41,992 bases of DNA from positions 1 to 41,992 of the IMG/VR virus record IMGVR_UViG_3300033067_001511; one strand, given 5' to 3'. The stretch's first letter is position 1, and every line of letters starts with the position of its first letter. Of this stretch, positions 27,658-36,600 are shown one piece after another. This DNA is from a virus. Its lineage: Duplodnaviria; Caudoviricetes. The notes beneath the pieces were generated by a model. It had not been told where the DNA came from and did no database searches. It saw only the letters and a program-made list of their open reading frames with translations. Made by a program: the position numbers and the translations under genes.

Positions 27658-30600
27658 TTGGCCAAAAACAAATTATTTAATTTAATTCCCGAATATAGTG
27701 CATCAGACAAGGTATCTACATCATCCAAAGTACAAAATAAAGTATTTGATTTGATACCTAGTTATTTTGATACTCAAGAATATAAAGATAAATTGAAAGC
27801 TCAAGCTAATGCATTACCTAGTAAATACCCAACACTACCCAAGACTACACTTGATACTCGGAGTATTGAATCAATGTTTCAAAGGGAATTGGGAGTATCT
27901 CCGGGGGAGAATATTAACCAGGAAACATTTAAGCCTTTAACACCTTCAGAATATTTACCTAGACCGTTAAGCAGTCCAAAACAAAATACATTTGAGCCTT
28001 TATCACCGATGGAGTATTTATCCCAAAAGACTCCAGGTAAATATGATGAGTTTCAAAAAAAATGGGATGGGGTAATGAAAGCAATAGATGAGAACCCTAT
28101 TTTTAAATATGCTCAAGGAGTTGGTTCTACTGTTGAAAAGACACTAGGAATAAGTGCCTTACGTAAGTGGACAGGACAAGAAGATTTAAAAAACGAAATT
28201 AATTTAAATGCTGATAAATTTTCAGAAACAAATCCGTATAGTTCTATTGCTACACAAGTTGGTTCTTATATATTGCCTGTCGGTGGTGGAATGAATATAT
28301 TGTCTAAGATTCCAAAATTAGCGAATAAACCTATTTTAACCGGGGCATTATCAGCAGGACTTTTTGAGACCGGTAAAGGTGTTTTAGAAGAAAAGCCTGT
28401 GAAAGAGATTGCAACAAACGCGGCAACTTCTGCTGCATTTATGACTGTCGGAGGTGCAACAACCAGAGGACTTGAAAAAGTTGGAGCAAAGATTCTTCAA
28501 AATTCACCACAATTTTTTAAAAATAGTATTGCGGCAGAAATTACAAAAAGTATATTTGCAGGCGCAGGCGGTGGTGTTGTTGGCGGTACTGCTGCCAGAC
28601 AAATAACTAATCCGGGGGAATTACCCGAATCTAAAGAAATGTTGTATGATGCTGTTCTTATGGGAGTTATGCACGGGTTTAATGCTATACCTAATACTAT
28701 AATGCAGTCAAGAGGAGTATCGGAACAACTATTTGCCGATACTGTGAAATTTGCGAACACTATGGATAAACTTAATAGCAGAGCAATAATTGAACCTAAT
28801 ACAAATAAAAAAATTCAATATTATAACGAAATGAAAGATGGTATAGATAAGAGTTTATCTAATTTATATAATAATAGATTTGTTGGGAATAATAAGATTG
28901 TTACTGATCTACAAGAATCATTAATGTTTGGGAGAAATGCTATCGACAACAAAATAAATATGTTGATGAGACGGCCTATATCAAACACAAGCTACGATGT
29001 AACAAATATGTCCTCAAACATGCCAAACTCACCTAATACGGCTATGTTAAACATCAATACGAAACCAACAGGAGCTTTCACTCCTAAACAAAATGCGATG
29101 CAGAATATTATAAAAAATTTGCCGACACTTATACCTACACAAGTTCAAAAACAAATAAAAAATAATCAACCTGAAATAAAACAACCTGAGGCACAACAAC
29201 CTGAGGCACAACAAACAGAAACAATAAAATACAAACACTTTACAAGTCCTGAAGGTAAAATTGCTTTAGAGTCCGGTAAGCCTTTCGACTATGCGTTAAA
29301 ACCGATACATGGAACTGGCGGTTTAGATAATGGACCTAAAGAGGGTCGCATATCATCAGTGCCGGCTATATATCTCTCGCTTGATGATAGTGAATGGGGA
29401 AATAAAGTCGATTTTATTGAAAAAGGCAAAGCAAGACCATATGAGTTATCAGATAAGGGGAATAAAAATTTAAAGTCTTTTTACGATTATGAAGAACAAA
29501 AATGGATGGTTATAGAAGGTGAATATTCCAATAAACCATTAGACTTTGTTGAATATCGTATTAAACCAGAAGCTAAAATACCAATAGTTGATAGTATAAG
29601 AAAACTCGAAGATATAAGTAATTATAAAGGGAAAAAATATTATACAGACTCCGACGAGTTTTGGAAAATGCTTAATGAAAGATTCGATGGAGTCCAATTT
29701 TCTAATGTGAAAAAATATTCACAGGAATCAAAATTTTTCAAATCAGTTATGGCAGACCAAATTGTTATTTTTAACAAAGATGCTATTGAAATTCAAACTA
29801 GCAATAAAAAAGAAGTTGTCAATAAACGTGATAATGACAAACCTTTTGATATTATTAATAAATATGCTGAAAAAATTTTAAATGATGTAATAAAACAAAT
29901 GGAAAGTACCGATGGGAAAAATTATGTACCTGAAAAAGTGAAGCCCGAACAAATAAATAATATGAGAAGTAGTTATAGGGATATGTATACAAGATTATAT
30001 GAACATATCCAAAACAAAAGATTTAATGACTTAACCGAAATCTTACACTCCGGAAACAAACATTCACTTAATATGTTTCAAGAAATAACCGGGAAACCAA
30101 TGAAGAATTATGCTCAAATAAAAGAAGGCATACGATCATTAGATCCTGAAGCATACGATATATGGTTACAGAAAAAGAAAGAAAAGCAGGAAGAGGAATC
30201 AAAAACTTTAAAACAAAAAGCTAAAGAAGAAAGAGATAAAAAATTTCAAGACGAGATTAAACAAAAAGAAGAAAACGAAGCAAACAAAAAAATCAATTAT
30301 AAAAACAGAATTATTACATTTAAAGAGTTTATTCAAGAGATATTTAACGAAGGTTTTAGATTTCAGAAAACAAACGAGTATGGCGGTTTTGCTATAACTG
30401 ATACAAAAAAGTCATTTATTGATATTAAAAATTGGAGTAAAGATGCACGTTGGTATGCTAAAAACGAATTAAATAGACTTCAAAACGAAGAAATACAAAA
30501 AGATGAAATAAGAGAACAAGAAGAATATGAAGCAATGCCACAAGAAGATAAAGATTATATAAATAATTTCTTTAATAAAATGCCAAATAGTGGTATAATT

Positions 30601-33600
30601 AAAGAGGGAGGTGTTGCAAATGGCATATCCGATAACGAGATTGGGCTTGATGTACGAGAAACATCTAAAAACTTATCTACCGAAGATGTACAAAAACCTA
30701 CTGGAGAAGAACCAATTGATGAAACATATATTCGAGGAGCAGGAGAAAGCGAAAACTCTGATAGCGACAATGGTATCAGAGGGAATGAACCACGACCAAG
30801 CGATGGAGTTAGCAATACAATCGCTACTGATACCGGCGGAGAAGGGTCAAGAAAACAACCTGCTATAAATCAAGACTATGTAATAGCAACACAAGAAGAT
30901 GTCATTGTTGATACGAGCAAAAAATCGAGATTTAACAAAAACATTGACGCAATAAAAACACTTCTACAGATAGAGAAAGAAAACAGACAAGCTACTTACC
31001 AAGAACAAAAAATTTTAGCGCAATATGTAGGATGGGGCGGCTTAGCTGAAGCTTTCGACAAATATAAATCAGATTGGAAAGACGAACACACCTTACTTAA
31101 AGAAATTCTATCAGAAAAAGAATATGAAAGTGCGCACGATACTATACTTAACGCACATTATACATCCATTGATGTTATTAAAGGTATGTATGAGGGGCTT
31201 AAACATTTTGGTTTTAATGGCGGTAGGGTATTAGAGCCGTCTGTTGGTATTGGTAATTTTATCGGTTCTATGCCTCAAGAGGATAGAGCTAAAACTAATG
31301 TTTTCACCGGGATTGAAATTGATAGCATTACAGGAAGAATTGCCACTTTATTGTATCCAAATTCAGATATTAGAATACAGGGGTTCGAGAAATCAAAATT
31401 ACCTAGTAATTACTACGATGTAGCTATATCTAATGTACCGTTCGGTAAAGTTAGAGTTGTCGATACTAAATTTCCCGATGCGATTACAAGGTCTATTCAT
31501 AACTATTTTTTTGCAAAAACTTTAGATGTTGTACGTCCTGGCGGATTGATAATGTATATAACATCATCACATACCTTAGATAGTAAAGATACCGCCGGTA
31601 TACGCAACTACATAAAAAACAAAGCTGATCTTGTAGGCGCGATAAGATTACCAAATACAGCATTTAAAGACAATGCAGGTACGGAAGTTACTACGGATAT
31701 TATTATATTAAAAGTAAGGGAGCCAAATACAGAATATCAAGGTGAACCTTTTTTCAAGATGGTGCAAACGGACATGGAAAAAGAATATCCAAATATGTAT
31801 GTTGACCCTAATTCTATGCAGATAAACGAATATTTTAAAGAACATCCAGAGAATATACTTGGAACTCTTACATATGGTCGTGGAGCCGGTGGGTATTATA
31901 ATGTAATAGTAAAAGGCGATGAAAGAAATATAAAAGAATCTCTTTCGGAGGCTTTTAAGAAAATGCCGGCAAAAATTATTGATTACACTAAAACTACTAA
32001 AGTACTTGATACTAAAACCGAGGTACAACAAAAAGCTAAAACAAGCACTAAAAACGGATCTTATGAAGTTGTTGATGGAAAACTTAAAATTAATAGGCAT
32101 GGCAATCTACAAGATGTTGACAAAGGTTTGTCAACTAAAGATATAACGAGAGTAAAAGAATTATTATTTCTAAAAGATAGTGCCAGAAGTTTATTGACTG
32201 CACAGATGAACGGGTTAAGTGATGTAGCAAAACTTCAAAAACAACTAAATAAACTATATGACGATTTTGTCGCAAAGTACGGTTATATAAATGATATAGC
32301 TAATCATAAGCATATAGCTGATGATCCTGATGTATCTTTTCTTTTAGCACTTGAAAATTACGATAAGAAAGCGAAAAAAGCAACAAAGGCGGACATTTTT
32401 ACTGAAAATAAAATTGGTCCAATAAAAAAAGTTGATAAAGTTCAAACATCAAAAGAAGCTTTGGTTGTTTCACTCATAGAAGATGGATTAGTAGATATTG
32501 ATAAAATGGTTGCACTTGTCGGTAAATCTAAAGATGAAATACTACTAGATTTAGCCGGTCTCATATATAAAGATCCTTTATCGGGAGTGTATGTTCCTGC
32601 TGATGAATATTTGTCCGGAAACGTCAAAGCTAAACTATATGAAGCCGAAGCGCGAGCATTCAACGAATCTGAGTTTAAAGCCAATGTTGAAGCACTCAAA
32701 ACTGTCATACCGAAAGATAAAGAATCCTGGGAAATACGTTTTAAAATTGGGAGCTCGTTAATATCACCAGAAATATATATTGAATTTTCAAAACATTTAT
32801 TTGGCACACGGTCTCAAATTGAGATATCGCAAAATAAATTTACAGGTGAATGGATAGTAAGAGAGGCTGATAATGCCGGCTACAATTCAATTAAAAGAAG
32901 CAAGATGAATACTGAAAAATGGGGTATTGATGTTTTAAATTTTAAAGGAATCAATTTACTCGACAAAATTATGAACGGTAAAAGTATCGTTGTTGTTGAG
33001 AAGGTAGGAGATCAAAAAGTTATTAATCAGAAGCTTACCGCTTTAGCACAACTTAAAGCGGAAAACATATCTGAAGAGTTTGAAAAATGGATTATAACAC
33101 ACAATGAAGGTAATACCATTAAGCAAGTTGTTCAAGATTTTAACGACAGATTTAATACCGATAAGTTGAGAGAGGTTAACGGTTCTCACCTTCCGGATAC
33201 TTTCCCAGGAATGAATATAAATATTAAATTAGCTCCTCACCAGAAGGATGCAGTTTGGAGAGCAATAACAAGTAAGGCTCCGGTATTACTCGCGCATGAA
33301 GTTGGAGCGGGAAAAACTTTTGAAATGATAACTATAGTAATGGAATTAAAAAGGCTTGGGCTATCTAAAAAATCATTAATAGTAGTTCCAAATAATATTT
33401 ATGAGCAGTGGGGCATTGAATTTAGAAGATTGTATCCAGGAGCAAAAATCCTTGTACCGACGAAAGAAGATTTACAACAAAAGAATAGAAAAATTCTTAT
33501 GAATAAAATTGCTGTTGGAGACTATGACGGAGTTATTATTCCTGAGTCACAATTTACTATGTTACCCATGTCAATAGATAACGTAGAAGCATTTGTAAAC

Positions 33601-36600
33601 AAAAAGATGGCTGAATTTGATAATGAAATAGAAATGCTTCAATCTGAGAGAAGAGCTAACGAAAAACCCACAATGACTGAAAAAAATCTAATCCGTATGC
33701 GGAAAAATTTTCAAGCAAAAATGGAAACTAAAATTGAAAAAATGAAAAAGGATGCCGATAATATTTCATTTGAGGAATTGGGTATTGACTCACTCATTGT
33801 AGATGAGGCCCATAGGTTTAAAAATTTAATGTTCACTACACGGCAACAAATATCTGGATTAGGTAATCCTTCGGGTAGCACTAAATCTTTTGACTTGCTT
33901 ATGAAAGTGAATTATTTGCACCAACTAAACGGCGGGAAAGGTATTGTATTTGCAACCGCAACACCTATATTAAATAGTCTATCGGAAAGCTATAATTGGT
34001 TTCAGTATTTAGCACCTGGTATGCTTGAAAGTAGAGGTATATATTCTTTTGACCAATGGCTATCTATATATGCCAGAGTAGAAGATATAGCAGAAGTTAA
34101 CACTACCGGAAGCGGATATCGAATTAAAAAAGGAGTTTCTAAAGTTACAAATGTAGGCCAGTTAGCGACAATGTTTAGAACTTTTACAGATTTTAAAACT
34201 CAAGAAATGTTACAACTTAAGAGACCGGATATTAAAGACAATAAATATCAACTAATTGAGGTCCCCGCTACTGAGTGGCAAATAAAATACATACAAGAAT
34301 TGGCAGACCGTGTTGAATTACTTAAAAGTGGCCGAGTAGATCCAAAAGATGATAATGCACTTAAAATAACATCAGACGGAAGAAAAGCTGCACTAGATCC
34401 AAGACTTATCGATCCTTCTTTTGTGCCGTTGCCTGGAGAAGTTACGAAATTAGATATGGCAATTGAACATATATACGAACAGTGGAAGAAAACAAAAAAA
34501 GATAGGCTTACGCACCTTGTCTTTATTGAAATGTCTACTCCTAAAAGCAAAGATGAACAAAAAGAAGAAATTGAAGATGGTGAGGATTATAGTGATGCGG
34601 ATAAAACACTTGACAGTGTGTATCAGGACTTAAAACGCAAACTTATTGCGAAAGGAGTACCGGATTCTGAGATAGCTTTTATCCATGATGCAAAAAACGC
34701 GGATCAAAAAGTTAAATTAAAAAATAAATTTAACGCAGGTGAGATTAGAATTTTAATTGGAAACAATGAAAAAATGGGTGTTGGTATCGACCTTCAGGTA
34801 CTAACCAAAACCATAACACATGTTGATTTTCCCTGGAGGCCAAAAGATCTACAACAAGAAGATGGCCGAGGACTGCGGCAAGGCAATATAAATAAAGAGA
34901 TTGAGCTATATGCACTTATAACAAAACGCTCATTTGATGCGCGGTTATGGAATAATTTAGAGCGCAAATCTCAAGTAATTGATTCATTTCTTAATGCAGA
35001 TATCAATGATGTAGAAGTTGAAGATCCATCGGCTCAAGCTTTATCGGCACAAGAAATTGCGGCTATCGCAACAGACAATCCTCTGATGCAAGAGCAAGTT
35101 GTCGTAAACAAAGAACTGAATAAACTTAAAACAGAAAAAAAAGCTTTTGAAGAATCTAAAAGCAAACAATTAACAGAATTACCAAAAATCAAAGCAAATA
35201 TTGAGCAAAACAAAATACTTTTACAGTTTTATAAAGAGTTGGCAACAAAAGTTAAAAGTATTGTCGGAGATAATTTTACAGCTAATATTAACGGTAAAAC
35301 TTTTAATAAAATGATGGATGCTGACGAATACATAAGAACATTAAGAGATGCTAATGCTAAAAAAGTCATGTTGGGGGAAATCGTAAGAATACCGGCAAAC
35401 ATAGCGGGAATTATAGACGGTATTGAAGTACGGTACCAACCTGTAACGCAAACAGCCTATGTGCTATTTATGGTCGGTAAAAAAAGTTTTATGGATGCGC
35501 AAAACATGAGCGGGTTATCACATAATATTAAAGTTCTACCAGACCATATTTCTCGACTGGAACAATATATTAAGACTTTAATCAATGATGAGAAAATTAT
35601 GATTGAGGAGTCTCAAAAGACATTTACAAAAAGCGAGAGACTTAAAGAGTTATTGATTCGTGCTTCTGAGATATCAAGAATATTAAATCCGGAGCAAGTT
35701 ATCAACGAGTATGAAATTGATAATGAAGAGGACGGAGAAAGCAGCAAATCAAAAAATGAAAAAACTTATAAACTTACAGGTTATAATCCGTATGAATTAC
35801 CGCCGGCTTCAGGGAAAAATAAATCAGGTAAATCCAAAAGAGCATCTGAGATCATACAAGATTTTGAAGCAAGATTTTTAAATAAGGTTAGAGTGGGGAA
35901 AATTAGAAATGCACGAGTTTTGGGATACTTCCAAATAAAATCACATGTTATTAGATTAAGAAAAGCAAATGATATTCCTACATTTACGCATGAAGCAGGA
36001 CATTTGATAAGTAAAATTTATAGGTTATCCAAAGTGGGTACCATATCCAAAACAGGATTTAATACAAGAAAAGTTATAGATGAGCTTATACAGCTAGGTA
36101 AAGCAACAACCAAATCTACTAACAAAGCAGCATTAAGAGAAGAAGGTATTGCAGAATTTATTCGGATATTTTTAACTGATCAACCGCAAGCTTTTGCAAG
36201 AGCTCCAGAAACTTTTGAATATTTCAAAAAAATAGTTGATCCTGATTTGTTAGGCTTTCTTAATGAACGCATGCAGGATATTTGGGATCTTGTAAATCTT
36301 AATCCGGAAGATAGAGTAATGAGAGATGTTTGGGATAAAGAGGAGGTTGACAAGGAACGTAAAAAAGCTGAAGGATTAAAACTTAAATTAGAGCAATTTT
36401 ATACGCAAACGGTTGATGAATATTTTCCGGTAATTAAAGATGCAAAAATTTTGGCCGGACCAGAAGGCGAGAAAAGAATAAAAGAATTAGTTGCACAAAA
36501 TAGGGGTTATGAATCGTCGGCCATGTTTTCTATTAATCCAAAAGGGATAAAAGGTATGTATCAATCGGATTTGTATGGGAATAAGGTTGGTCCTAGTTTA

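Noticed and set aside
35756-35881. 41-codon +1 ORF in the linker before the peptidase region
   Set aside because: No properly spaced SD or upstream promoter; unlike 30620 it has no supporting signals.
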